A DNA stretch of 64,000 nt from Patescibacteria group bacterium (GTDB taxonomy: Bacteria > Patescibacteriota > Microgenomatia > UBA10105 > UBA927). Positions 8,671-17,891 of this stretch are shown here, in pieces. The DNA lies in the NCBI GenBank assembly GCA_035510735.1, contig DATKGN010000008.1, positions 76,466-140,465 of the forward strand, in the 5' to 3' direction. The translations under genes were made by a program, and so were the position numbers. The number at the start of each line of letters is the position of its first letter. The stretch's first letter is position 1. A model generated the notes under the pieces. The model was not told where the DNA came from. It did not search any database and saw only the letters and a list, made by a program, of their open reading frames with translations.

Positions 8671-9776
8671 ACATCCCACTCGTCGATTTACAGGCACAAT
8701 ATAAAACAATTAAAACTGATATTGATGCGGCGATCAAACAAGTCGTTCGTAAATGTGATTTTATTTTGGGCGATGAGGTGAACGAATTTGAAAACTCTTT
8801 CGCCAAATACATCGGGGTTCACTATTGTATCGGCGTCGCAAGCGGTACGGACGCAATACACCTCATGCTTCTTGCGGCGGACGTGAAACCCGGCGACGAG
8901 GTGATAACACAGGCCAACACGTTTATTGCAACCGTGTTACCCATGATGGAATTGGGTGCAAAACCGGTGCTCGTCGACGTTGATGAGATGACCGGCGCAA
9001 TTGACATCGATAAGGTGAGAAAAGCGATCACGAAAAAAACCCGCGCCATCCTCCCTGTCCACCTTTTCGGTCGACCAGCACCTATGAATGAATTATTTCG
9101 AATCACGAATCACGAATCACGAATCACGGTTCTCGAGGATGCCGCCCAGGCTCACGGATCAACGATCAACGGGAAAAGGGCGGGTTCGTTTGGATCTATG
9201 GCTGCATTTTCCTTTTACCCGGGGAAAAATTTAGGGGCGTACGGCGATGCAGGAGCAATTACGACGAATAACAAAAAATTGGCTGACATGATACGGATCG
9301 TGAGAAACATCGGCATGCGCGAAAAATATAACCACGTGGTACCCGGCTTCAACAGCCGGCTTGATACGATCCAAGCGGCAATATTATCGGTAAAATTAAA
9401 ACACTTGAATGATTGGAATGCGAAACGGGATAACATCGCAAAAACATTTGTTCGTGAATTATCGGGTGTCGGCGATCTTGTCACTCCCCCGCTTTCAACA
9501 TCGGACGCAAAAACCAACTGGCATATTTTCCCGATACGAACAAAAAAACGGGACCAATTAATAAAGTATTTAGCGGAAAAAGGTATCCACTGCGGCATCC
9601 ATTATCCGGTCCCGCTTCATATGACACCGGCACTCAAATCCCTGGGATATAAAAAAGGAGATTTCCCGATTTCGGAACTCCGGGCGGAAACAATGCTTTC
9701 ACTGCCGATGTATGCGGAATTAACAGAACGACAGCAAGCCTACATCGTCGCAACAATCAAACGATTCTTCCGTTAA
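8667..9776 (+). CDS. DegT/DnrJ/EryC1/StrS-family PLP-dependent sugar aminotransferase (WbpE-like)
   Basis: 369 aa. Family hallmarks are the N-terminal MNIPLVDLQAQY, the LEDAAQAHGS motif, and the NLGAYGDAGAITTN lysine region. Its start overlaps the acetyltransferase stop (ATGA at 8667-8670). Confidence 0.9.
   Translation: MNIPLVDLQAQYKTIKTDIDAAIKQVVRKCDFILGDEVNEFENSFAKYIGVHYCIGVASGTDAIHLMLLAADVKPGDEVITQANTFIATVLPMMELGAKPVLVDVDEMTGAIDIDKVRKAITKKTRAILPVHLFGRPAPMNELFRITNHESRITVLEDAAQAHGSTINGKRAGSFGSMAAFSFYPGKNLGAYGDAGAITTNNKKLADMIRIVRNIGMREKYNHVVPGFNSRLDTIQAAILSVKLKHLNDWNAKRDNIAKTFVRELSGVGDLVTPPLSTSDAKTNWHIFPIRTKKRDQLIKYLAEKGIHCGIHYPVPLHMTPALKSLGYKKGDFPISELRAETMLSLPMYAELTERQQAYIVATIKRFFR
9100..9128 (+). 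repeat. Heptanucleotide tandem repeat (CGAATCA)x4 inside the aminotransferase coding sequence
   Basis: Read directly: tcgaatcacgaatcacgaatcacgaatcacgg, encoding ...FRITNHESRIT... in frame. Confidence 0.9.
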
Positions 9777-9781
9777 TCCGA

Positions 9782-11428
9782 GTGTATAATCCGGAAATTC
9801 TCATAATTGCTCATTTATACGAAGACTATTATGATACAACCATGTTTCATATTCGGATGCATCCGCTTGTTTTGACAACGATATTGCTTCTTGTGCAACT
9901 GAGCCTATTTCTCTTTCTTTCCGTCCGTCCGAACAGAATAGCCCCACCGGATCGGGAATATCCGCCGATCGGTTACGGATATTATTACGTCAATGTCATG
10001 CGCCAGGCCATCGATGGTGCTTGGGATGTACGGGATCCGAGTTCCACCCGCCCGGTGCCGCGTATACACATCTTTACCTTTTTTACAATTCTCGGAAAAC
10101 TTGCGAAAATTACCAAAACTGATCCGGTTCTTATCTACGAACTGTTTCATGTCGGAGGCGGGGTTGTTCTCTTTTTCATCTCCTACTGGTTTATCTGTAT
10201 TCTGCTACCAAAGAGCTATCATTTTTTTGCCGTACTTTTGGTACTTGGATATGAACTCATTCCCGTAAATAACATTGGTTTTCCGTTTACTGCACATTCG
10301 CTCATCGCCCGCCATTTCGGGCTCCCCCATCATGTATGGGGTGAAGTATTCGGACTTCTATCTTTTGGTTATTTATATATTTTATGTAAAAAAATATCAG
10401 TCGCAGGCGTTATCATGCTCTTCATATTGGGAATCATCGCAACCCAGATGTTGCCTTCATACATGTTCTCAGTCGGAATTCCGGTATTTGTCACCATATT
10501 TATCTATACCATATTCACAAAAGGGATAAAAAATGCCCTTATACCAATGGTCGCTTTAGGACTCTCCATGCTTATTATGGGAATTTCACTTCATGTCGAA
10601 TCCCAAAAGGGGATTCCGTTCTCAAATCTCGTTTCTGAGGAAAAATCCTGGGCAACCAATAGCGGTCTGATCATTTCATATCTGACCTCGTGCATCGTTT
10701 ATATTCCTTTTCTCATAATGCTTGCCGTCATATCAGTGAAAAAGTGGCGCATATGGAATTCTCAAATTCACTTGACCATTCTTCTGTGCACCGCCTGGAT
10801 ACTATTTCCGCTTATAGGATTTCAATTATCGCTACAATCATGGTTTCCTATTGCAAACTGGCGGTTAGTGGAGGGCACTCATTATGTCCCTCTGGGAATT
10901 CTCTCTGCAATCGGACTTGTCCAATTCTTCTCGCTTATTTCACACCCGTATTGGAAACGCGTCGTTACCATGATAAGTCTCATCAGTATTCTTCTCTATT
11001 CCGGATGTGCGCTTACGATATATACACGGAAGAAAATGGACTTACAAAATACATTCTGGTCAAATATTTACCCGCTGAAAAGCACGATGCGGGCTATCTA
11101 CTTTTTAAATACCTTACCCAAACAAAGCGGCATCATGGTCAGAGAATATGTTGGTGAAATTATTCCCGGTTTTGCCGATGTACATGTGTTTATCGACGGT
11201 CCCATTGGATACCCCGATTGGCCGCAGCGGCAGTGGCTTTCACAACAATTTTTTTCGGGAACACTAACTGATGCTGCGGCGCTCAAACTGCTCAAGGATA
11301 ATCATATCGACTACGTTTTCGATGGCCAGGATGAACAAGCCCTCACCACAACACCCAAATTATATCCGTCCATATTAACTCCAATATTCTCAACCGATTC
11401 GGTTGTTATATTTTCGTATCACAAATAA
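9782..11428 (+). CDS. Polytopic membrane protein, putative GT-C glycosyltransferase, subfamily B
   Basis: 548 aa, many TM segments. C-terminal FFSGTLTDAAALKLLKDNHIDYVF matches the module found in 2582, 17892 and 19896. Confidence 0.7.
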   Translation: MYNPEILIIAHLYEDYYDTTMFHIRMHPLVLTTILLLVQLSLFLFLSVRPNRIAPPDREYPPIGYGYYYVNVMRQAIDGAWDVRDPSSTRPVPRIHIFTFFTILGKLAKITKTDPVLIYELFHVGGGVVLFFISYWFICILLPKSYHFFAVLLVLGYELIPVNNIGFPFTAHSLIARHFGLPHHVWGEVFGLLSFGYLYILCKKISVAGVIMLFILGIIATQMLPSYMFSVGIPVFVTIFIYTIFTKGIKNALIPMVALGLSMLIMGISLHVESQKGIPFSNLVSEEKSWATNSGLIISYLTSCIVYIPFLIMLAVISVKKWRIWNSQIHLTILLCTAWILFPLIGFQLSLQSWFPIANWRLVEGTHYVPLGILSAIGLVQFFSLISHPYWKRVVTMISLISILLYSGCALTIYTRKKMDLQNTFWSNIYPLKSTMRAIYFLNTLPKQSGIMVREYVGEIIPGFADVHVFIDGPIGYPDWPQRQWLSQQFFSGTLTDAAALKLLKDNHIDYVFDGQDEQALTTTPKLYPSILTPIFSTDSVVIFSYHK

Positions 11429-11432
11429 TCGT

Positions 11433-12152
11433 TTACTCCACCCTATACGTAACCACGGTTGTCCCATTTTCTTCGGTAATAAGGGGAACTGTAATATGAC
11501 CGACTTCACTGGTGTCTGCGACTTGCGTACCGCCATCGGCGACTGACCCGATCCCGGTAAGCGTCAGCTTACGGAGGGGTTTGTTAGACGGCAAACCGGG
11601 TTGCAAATAAATTGCCTCTTTTTGCAATTCTTCAAGCGGCATGAATGCAGTCACAAATGCAATCTTTTTTACTATTAATTCGTTAGCTTTCGCTTCTAAC
11701 TCCTGTTTTATATCACGGCCCAGAGTCCCCTGATATACGATAAATGGTTTTTTCCCGTGATCGCCTTTCATAGGCATGAGGGTTTTTGGCGAATATCCCA
11801 AAAGGAACATTGCAAAATCCACGACATGGCCCCCAGAGTGAATTTTCATATGACGATACCTGCGATCCCAGTCGATAACGCCGTGAACCTTCATTCCGGC
11901 CGTCGGAGCCGTAGGCGACTCAATGTAATGCCAAATTTCCCCTTCCTTCATAAGCGCCTGATACACTTTTCCGGTCCAACCATCCGACGTAAGCGCCCCC
12001 TGATCAGTCGGTTGTCCGCCGCCCATCGGATAAAAAACGGTTTCATCTAGAATCACACGATAGCGGATACCGCCCTCAGGCATTACGTCAAGAACGGTCG
12101 CATTCATTTCTTTTTTGTAGGAATCCTCCAAATAGATCGCATGTGTTTTCAT
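11433..12152 (-). CDS. AlaX-like tRNA editing-domain (tRNA_SAD) metal-dependent hydrolase
   Basis: 239 aa. YLEDSYKKEMNATVLDV...VILDETVFYPMGGGQPTDQGAL matches the AlaX/AlaRS-editing N-terminus. HSGGH forms an HxxxH zinc motif, and GGTQV...EVGHI is the second metal motif region, with Cys replaced. Confidence 0.55.
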   Translation of the reverse strand: MKTHAIYLEDSYKKEMNATVLDVMPEGGIRYRVILDETVFYPMGGGQPTDQGALTSDGWTGKVYQALMKEGEIWHYIESPTAPTAGMKVHGVIDWDRRYRHMKIHSGGHVVDFAMFLLGYSPKTLMPMKGDHGKKPFIVYQGTLGRDIKQELEAKANELIVKKIAFVTAFMPLEELQKEAIYLQPGLPSNKPLRKLTLTGIGSVADGGTQVADTSEVGHITVPLITEENGTTVVTYRVE

Positions 12153-12210
12153 AAAATTCCTTTCAAAATAACTCCTTATTTATACCACAATTTCTATATT
12201 TTGTGTTATT

Positions 12211-13209
12211 ATGAAGCCCATGAAACTCGTTAATAAAAACATACTTGTTACGGGCGGGGCCGGGTTTATCGGGTCCCACTTTGTGGAAGCGATTGCGAAG
12301 ACAAATACGGTAACGGTGTATGATAATTTCTCTTCCGCCGTCATCATACCTACGGAATTAACGGACTTCGGAGTATCCGATGTTATAAAAGGTGATATTC
12401 TCGACGGAATAAAATTAGAGAAAGCGATGCAAGGGATTGATGTCGTTTTCCACTTCGCTGTTGCATGCGTACGGCTCTCATTGTCACAGGAACGACATGT
12501 GCATGATGTCAATGCGACCGGAACACTCAACACGTTATTAGCTGCAAAACGAGCAGGGATCAAACGGTTTGTCTATATTTCATCCTCAGAAGTCTACGGC
12601 ACGGCAGATGGCGGGCGTATGAACGAATCGCACCCAATAAATCCCACGACCGTCTATGGCATGAGCAAATATGTGGGCGAACTTTACACAAAACATTTTA
12701 ATGATATGCAGGGCTTGCCGACCTTGATCGTTCGGCCATTCAACACATACGGCCCCAGAAGCCATTTTGAGGGAGTGTATGGTGAAGTGATCCCCCGCTT
12801 TGTTGTACGCACTCTAAATGGAAAGCAACCGATTATTTTCGGTTCTGGTAAACAAACCCGGGACTTTACGTATGTGACCGATACGGTTTCGGGGATTATG
12901 AAAGCGTTCCAATCTGATCGATTAATCGGCGATGCCATCAACATTGCGAGGGGTCAGGAAATTTCTATTTTGGATATCGCAAAAACCATCTGTAATGAAA
13001 CGCATCTCCCCTTCTCTCCGCTTATGAAACCCCCACGCCCCAATGATGTCATGCGGCACTTTGCTGACATTGCAAAAGCAAAAAAACTATTATTATTCTC
13101 GCCCAAAATTCCGATTGAAAAAGGTTTACATGAGTACGTTGAGTGGGTGAAAAAAACGTTTCCGCAACCTGAAAAACTCCTCCGCCTTGTGCCGGATACA
13201 AATTGGTGA
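12211..13209 (+). CDS. NAD-dependent nucleotide-sugar epimerase/dehydratase (extended SDR)
   Basis: 332 aa. ILVTGGAGFIGSH Rossmann motif, catalytic YGMSKYVGE (YxxxK), and the SSSEVYG motif. Confidence 0.85.
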   Translation: MKPMKLVNKNILVTGGAGFIGSHFVEAIAKTNTVTVYDNFSSAVIIPTELTDFGVSDVIKGDILDGIKLEKAMQGIDVVFHFAVACVRLSLSQERHVHDVNATGTLNTLLAAKRAGIKRFVYISSSEVYGTADGGRMNESHPINPTTVYGMSKYVGELYTKHFNDMQGLPTLIVRPFNTYGPRSHFEGVYGEVIPRFVVRTLNGKQPIIFGSGKQTRDFTYVTDTVSGIMKAFQSDRLIGDAINIARGQEISILDIAKTICNETHLPFSPLMKPPRPNDVMRHFADIAKAKKLLLFSPKIPIEKGLHEYVEWVKKTFPQPEKLLRLVPDTNW

Positions 13210-13272
13210 GCAAAAAAATTATCGCAGGAGGTATATATTTGCCAGCACCGTCACCCGCGCGGGAACAGATTT

Positions 13273-13497
13273 TTTTGGTTAACGCGCTTACGGTCGCAAT
13301 GAAATTTAGATCCGGGCTTCAGTTCGTTCGTGAAATAATGGTTTTCTGCATTCGTAGATTATCCTCGCTCGCAAATGAATCCGGACTAAATTTTATTGGC
13401 TCCCCGCGCGGGAGGTCCAATTCTATTCGACCTAAGAAAGGTAAGCGTTGACGGATGTCCACGATCCTGCGATCGTTGGATCGAAGGACGCACAAAT
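13273..13497 (-). repeat. Copy 1 of a ~230-nt intergenic repeat element (reverse orientation)
   Basis: Reverse complement aligns over ~230 nt at ~85% identity to 16118..16349. Shared blocks include ttgtgcgtccttcgatc, ggacatccgt, cctcccgcgcggggagccaat, aatttagtccggattcatttg, cgaacgaactgaag and gcgcgttaacc. It fills the whole spacer between two convergent genes. Confidence 0.85.
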
Positions 13498-13520
13498 ATA
13501 TACCGACGAAAGATAATTTT

Positions 13521-14066
13521 TTACATTGATAAATTTTTTGTGTTTATCCCAAAAAGTTTCGTAATAACTTTATAAAATTGGAGAATAAATTGACCAAACG
13601 GAGTGATCCTGTATCCATCCCCTATTCTGGTAATTGTCCCCGTGTGAATCTGTTCGTTAAACCGTTTATCCATCGCTCCATTTTTATTTACATATGTATC
13701 AATAAATGCATTCGTAAACTCTTTCTGTGTAATCTCTTGGTTATTATTGCCTCCCATATACCCCAGAAAATATACGGATATAGACCTGTCGGCAGTTACC
13801 GGAACAAGCGTAAAAAACACGAGGTTGACACAAAAAAGAACGGTGATCGCAAGAATGATATCGTGATTTGTAACACTTGGAATAATTGCACGTACTTTTA
13901 ATAATCCCAATCCGATTGAACATACGACACAAACTATGAAAAGAAGAATAATTCCTCTATAGAAAAAAATTGTCTCGCGAAATAACGGCGTATGAAACAG
14001 TGCGATATATAATACTGTTCCCGCAACAAAACTCATTACATAAAAGAGAATCGTTTTCTTTAGCAT
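13521..14066 (-). CDS. Small integral membrane protein (3-4 TM), unknown function
   Basis: 181 aa. Hydrophobic helices (MSFVAGTVLYIALF, IILLFIVCVVCSIGLGLL, IILAITVLFCVNLVFFTLVPV) followed by a soluble tail. Confidence 0.55.
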   Translation of the reverse strand: MLKKTILFYVMSFVAGTVLYIALFHTPLFRETIFFYRGIILLFIVCVVCSIGLGLLKVRAIIPSVTNHDIILAITVLFCVNLVFFTLVPVTADRSISVYFLGYMGGNNNQEITQKEFTNAFIDTYVNKNGAMDKRFNEQIHTGTITRIGDGYRITPFGQFILQFYKVITKLFGINTKNLSM

Positions 14067-14073
14067 ATAAGTA

Positions 14074-15387
14074 CTAACCGTTGCTGACGCTGCTCTTCAA
14101 ACGCGTAATCAACCGATACCATAACACAAATGACGTCAAATACAGAAACGGCTGTGCAATACTGATATGCCGTGCATAATCGTTATATCCTAAATACACG
14201 CCGATGCCAATCTGATATAGCCCGACAAGCGCGAAAAGCACAAGTGCAATATTGTAGGTAGTTTTCTTCTTCCACGCCTCGTAGAGGAAAACAGGAAACG
14301 CAACGATGACCGTGTAATTAATATACATTGCATATTGATAGGTTCGTTGAAGCGTTTGAAACAACCAATCAAACCGGTTTGTTGCCATGACGTCAACGAT
14401 GTCGCTCTTCGAGACCAGTGCACCCGGTAGTTCAAGAGTTGATTTGATAACATATGGCAAAATTGATTGACGTGTCGCTTTCGTAATAAACTCATGAAAC
14501 GGCAAAGCGTTCTTCGCATCATACATCTCAGGAAATTGACGGTAGACTTGCCAGGGGTCATCTGATTTCATATCAATCGTCGCTTGGAGCATTGGTTTAA
14601 CTCCCTGGATATCCGGGACCTGATCTATCGGCAGATGAAGAACCAGTAATTTCCCCCATAAATTCACGTCACTGATACGACTAATAGTGGGATAGCCTGC
14701 TGTCTTTGCGTTACCCCAACTGTATCCGGCAAGCACAGCACCATAGATAAGAAGACCCAACAGGCTCCAGATGATAATATTCCGGCTCCAATGTTTCCAA
14801 ATAAGGATCACTGATAATACGACGGGAAGCGCAATAAAACTTGGACGCAGGAAGGTTCCGATTATCCACATAAGGACAAATATAATGAACGAACCCACAG
14901 TGAAACGGGATAATAATCGTATGGTTAAAAAAATTGTTAACACTAACCATAAGGAGGCAAACGCCTCTGTCAGCATCGTGTGTTCAAATAAAAGAAACGA
15001 ATAATTACACGCCATAAAAATACAAAAAATTCCGGCTGCCCACAATGTAAACCGCAAATGCACAAGTAAGAAAAACAAAAGTACGACCATCAAAATACCC
15101 CCGATTGATTGGAGGACGCGAATCAACCAAAATTCAGGAACATAAACGCCGACAACAGTATCCGGCATCGCATTTGCTTTAAATAAAAACGGCGATGCGA
15201 GAATTATCGGATATAACGGGGTCCGCCACGGATCAACAATAGTTCGATTTTGAATCATTGTTTTCGCAGTTAAATAATAACTGACTGTATCACCGGTTGT
15301 TTCAAAGAAAGGAGAATGAATATTGTAAAGAACTCTGATAGCAATCGCAACGCATATGATACAAATAACCCAAAAGAATGATTTCAT
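14074..15387 (-). CDS. Polytopic membrane protein, putative GT-C glycosyltransferase, subfamily A
   Basis: Multi-TM. GDTVSYYLTAK...RTPLYPIIL loop parallels ORF 1215. The start is set at the internal Met MKSFFW (15387), which forms an ATGA overlap with the upstream GT2 stop. The track ORF starts at 15414. Confidence 0.7.
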   Translation of the reverse strand: MKSFFWVICIICVAIAIRVLYNIHSPFFETTGDTVSYYLTAKTMIQNRTIVDPWRTPLYPIILASPFLFKANAMPDTVVGVYVPEFWLIRVLQSIGGILMVVLLFFLLVHLRFTLWAAGIFCIFMACNYSFLLFEHTMLTEAFASLWLVLTIFLTIRLLSRFTVGSFIIFVLMWIIGTFLRPSFIALPVVLSVILIWKHWSRNIIIWSLLGLLIYGAVLAGYSWGNAKTAGYPTISRISDVNLWGKLLVLHLPIDQVPDIQGVKPMLQATIDMKSDDPWQVYRQFPEMYDAKNALPFHEFITKATRQSILPYVIKSTLELPGALVSKSDIVDVMATNRFDWLFQTLQRTYQYAMYINYTVIVAFPVFLYEAWKKKTTYNIALVLFALVGLYQIGIGVYLGYNDYARHISIAQPFLYLTSFVLWYRLITRLKSSVSNG

Positions 15388-16115
15388 ACAGATTTCCCGA
15401 AATGGATATCCCAAAATACGCGCATCATATCAACAGTCGCTTCCCATACATGGATCATCCGGATTCCGCGTTTTACCTTCGCTGCTTTCTTATGAGAGAC
15501 ATTCAAAAACCCGATTCTATATCCCAATTTCTCCGCGCGAATAAGACGCTCTGCTTCATCAAACACTCCCCAGGAAATTATCGGAATGCGTGTCACGTCT
15601 TTTCGAAACGCTTTTATACTTCCTGCATCACGGGTGTCAACGCCAAAGAAATATGACGTAAACGTATTATATAAAGCGGAAACCATACTCCTCCAAACGG
15701 TATATCGCTTTTGTCGACGGACCCCAACAACGATATCATCGTTCTCTGTATCAAGTGTTTTGGCAAGCCTCAGGGTGTCTCCTGGATCCCATTCGCCATC
15801 GAGACTGAAAAGCACGATAATATCGCCCTTCGCTTTGCTGTACAGTTCACGATATGTTGTTGCAATTCCCTCATTCTTTGAGTGAAAAAACAATTTAATG
15901 TGAGATATATTTTTACAATAATTTCTCGCCCACTCCCGACTTCCGTCGAAGCTTGCGTCATCGATAAGAACGATTTCCCATTTGCGGAAAGCCTTCTTCA
16001 GTTCTTTAACAAGCTCAGGTAATATAAACGGCAAACTATGCCGGTCATTATAAATCGGCGAAACGATGGAAACTGATCTGTTCATAAAATTGTTAAAACG
16101 TACTTTAGTCGGCAT
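15384..16115 (-). CDS. Glycosyltransferase family 2
   Basis: 243 aa. SVSIVSPIYNDRHS (GT2 N-terminal motif) and IVLIDDASFDGS (DxD). The true start is possibly the internal Met at 16085 (MNRSVSIV). Confidence 0.8.
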   Translation of the reverse strand: MPTKVRFNNFMNRSVSIVSPIYNDRHSLPFILPELVKELKKAFRKWEIVLIDDASFDGSREWARNYCKNISHIKLFFHSKNEGIATTYRELYSKAKGDIIVLFSLDGEWDPGDTLRLAKTLDTENDDIVVGVRRQKRYTVWRSMVSALYNTFTSYFFGVDTRDAGSIKAFRKDVTRIPIISWGVFDEAERLIRAEKLGYRIGFLNVSHKKAAKVKRGIRMIHVWEATVDMMRVFWDIHFGKSV

Positions 16116-16117
16116 GT

Positions 16118-16349
16118 ATTTTGTGCGTCCTTCGATCTAAAGATCTCAGGATCTTGGACATCCGTAACGCTTAAGTCTTTTGCGGACTAAATATAATTTA
16201 CCTCCCGCGCGGGGAGCCAATGAAATTTAGTCCGGATTCATTTGTGAGCGAGGGTAATTTGCGAAAACAGAAAACAGTGATTTCGCGAACGAACTGAAGT
16301 CCGGATCTAAATCTCATTGCGACCTCAAGCGCGTTAACCATATACGTTT
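16118..16349 (+). repeat. Copy 2 of the ~230-nt intergenic repeat element (forward orientation)
   Basis: See copy 1. It lies in the divergent spacer between the GT2 gene (start 16115) and the GT-C gene (start 16389). It contains the 10-bp GC palindrome cccgcgcggg and the hairpin aagatc-tcag-gatctt. Confidence 0.85.
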
Positions 16350-16388
16350 AACTCACGTTAAATCTTTCTTATGCTATTATAAAGAGCA

Positions 16389-17891
16389 ATGAAAAGTAAA
16401 CTCTCCGCGAATATTTATCCCGTCATAGGCAAAATTCTTATTGCCGCAACGCTAGTCCTTTGTGCAATCCTCCTCTACTCCGTCATCAAAAGCGGATATG
16501 CGTACCAATTCGATTCAGATGAACTCCATCACGCAAATCTCGTCTACCTCTACCTGCATGGTTATTTGCCCTACAAAAATATTTACAACTCATTCTATAC
16601 TCCGATTTTCGAGTTGGTCATTATGCCGGCATTTATCCTTTTCGGATTTACGTTCAGCGCTGTCGCGTTTGCGCGGTATATCATGATTATTCTTTTCCTT
16701 ATCCGGCTCATTGCGGCATATTTGTTTATAAAACAAATATTTTCCAAACGCGCAGCACTATTTTTTTTGCCGCTTTTATTGTTTGACCCGTTTCTCGTAT
16801 ATTCCGCCATGCAAATCCGTCCGGATAATCTCATGATGACCCTCTATACGATCGCGCTTGCCCTCCTTGCATACGGTCTCAAACGAAAAAATAGTATTCT
16901 CCTCTCTATCTCCTCATTTTTCTTCGGATTATCAGTGCTCACGTTTATGAAAATACTCCCCGGAGTTGCGGTCGTAGGCATTGTCATACTTATCTATTGC
17001 ATCGCAAAACGGATGACAAAATTTCTTGTCCCCATGGCAATCGCATGTTTCTTACCGTTTATACTATTTGCTCTCTATGGCGTCGCAATCGGTGCACTTC
17101 ACGAAATGATACTGCAGCTATTTTTAGAAGCCAAAACCGCGTACAACGTATTTCAGTATCCAATACCGTTCGGCAATTTTAATGAGCCCAATAATATTTT
17201 TGTGTATGGCGCCATGGGGACGCCGTCAACATGGACCTATGTATGGATTCTGCCGATGATCGGCGGTGCCGGATTTTACGCCTGCATGCGCGACGTATTC
17301 GATAAGGAAAAGAATTCGCGAGAATCCGTCATAAAAATAATTCTCTGTTTATCCGCTATCGTACAAATCTTCGTCATATTTTCCGTTCCGTCTGTTTTTT
17401 TACAACACTATCTCCTGGTCAATTGGTTATTTGCCCTATTTGGCGCTATCACGATTGATAACGCTTTAACCCTCCTTGGGCGGTACCGCATTATTCAGGC
17501 TGTACTCATTATCATCCTCATGTATTTCTATGTAATCCTTGTGCACGACAGCTATACATATAATCTCGTGAGGTCAGGAATTACGGCTCCCGAAAACCTC
17601 AAACCGTATGAAACAACGTGGCACATCATCCCCCCCAATGAAGCGGTATTTCCCAATTATCTCTTCCGCCCACCCTCCTATCCCGTCCCCTTCGGGTACT
17701 TTATCGGCAACGTCCCTCCCGCTATTCTTGCCCGCTTGCCGTCAATTACAGGAATGCTTGAAACCAAAAAATTGAAACATTTGGTGTTAGATGACTATAC
17801 AATGAAAACGCTTCAACCCGATGTGCAGAGATATATCGCCGACCACTATGCCCGCCTCGCGGCCAACAGCGCTATCTGGGTAAGGAAATAA
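16389..17891 (+). CDS. GT-C glycosyltransferase (PMT_2/ArnT-like)
   Basis: 500 aa with at least 11 TM segments. The first extracytoplasmic loop has FDSDELHHANLVYLY, a DE-x-x-H/Y motif characteristic of ArnT/PMT-type GT-C enzymes. Confidence 0.75.
   Translation: MKSKLSANIYPVIGKILIAATLVLCAILLYSVIKSGYAYQFDSDELHHANLVYLYLHGYLPYKNIYNSFYTPIFELVIMPAFILFGFTFSAVAFARYIMIILFLIRLIAAYLFIKQIFSKRAALFFLPLLLFDPFLVYSAMQIRPDNLMMTLYTIALALLAYGLKRKNSILLSISSFFFGLSVLTFMKILPGVAVVGIVILIYCIAKRMTKFLVPMAIACFLPFILFALYGVAIGALHEMILQLFLEAKTAYNVFQYPIPFGNFNEPNNIFVYGAMGTPSTWTYVWILPMIGGAGFYACMRDVFDKEKNSRESVIKIILCLSAIVQIFVIFSVPSVFLQHYLLVNWLFALFGAITIDNALTLLGRYRIIQAVLIIILMYFYVILVHDSYTYNLVRSGITAPENLKPYETTWHIIPPNEAVFPNYLFRPPSYPVPFGYFIGNVPPAILARLPSITGMLETKKLKHLVLDDYTMKTLQPDVQRYIADHYARLAANSAIWVRK

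Noticed and set aside
13203-13451. 82-aa ORF overlapping the end of the epimerase gene and the left repeat copy
   Set aside because: It overlaps a real gene and the repeat element, its Arg/Ser-rich sequence has no features, and it is probably spurious.
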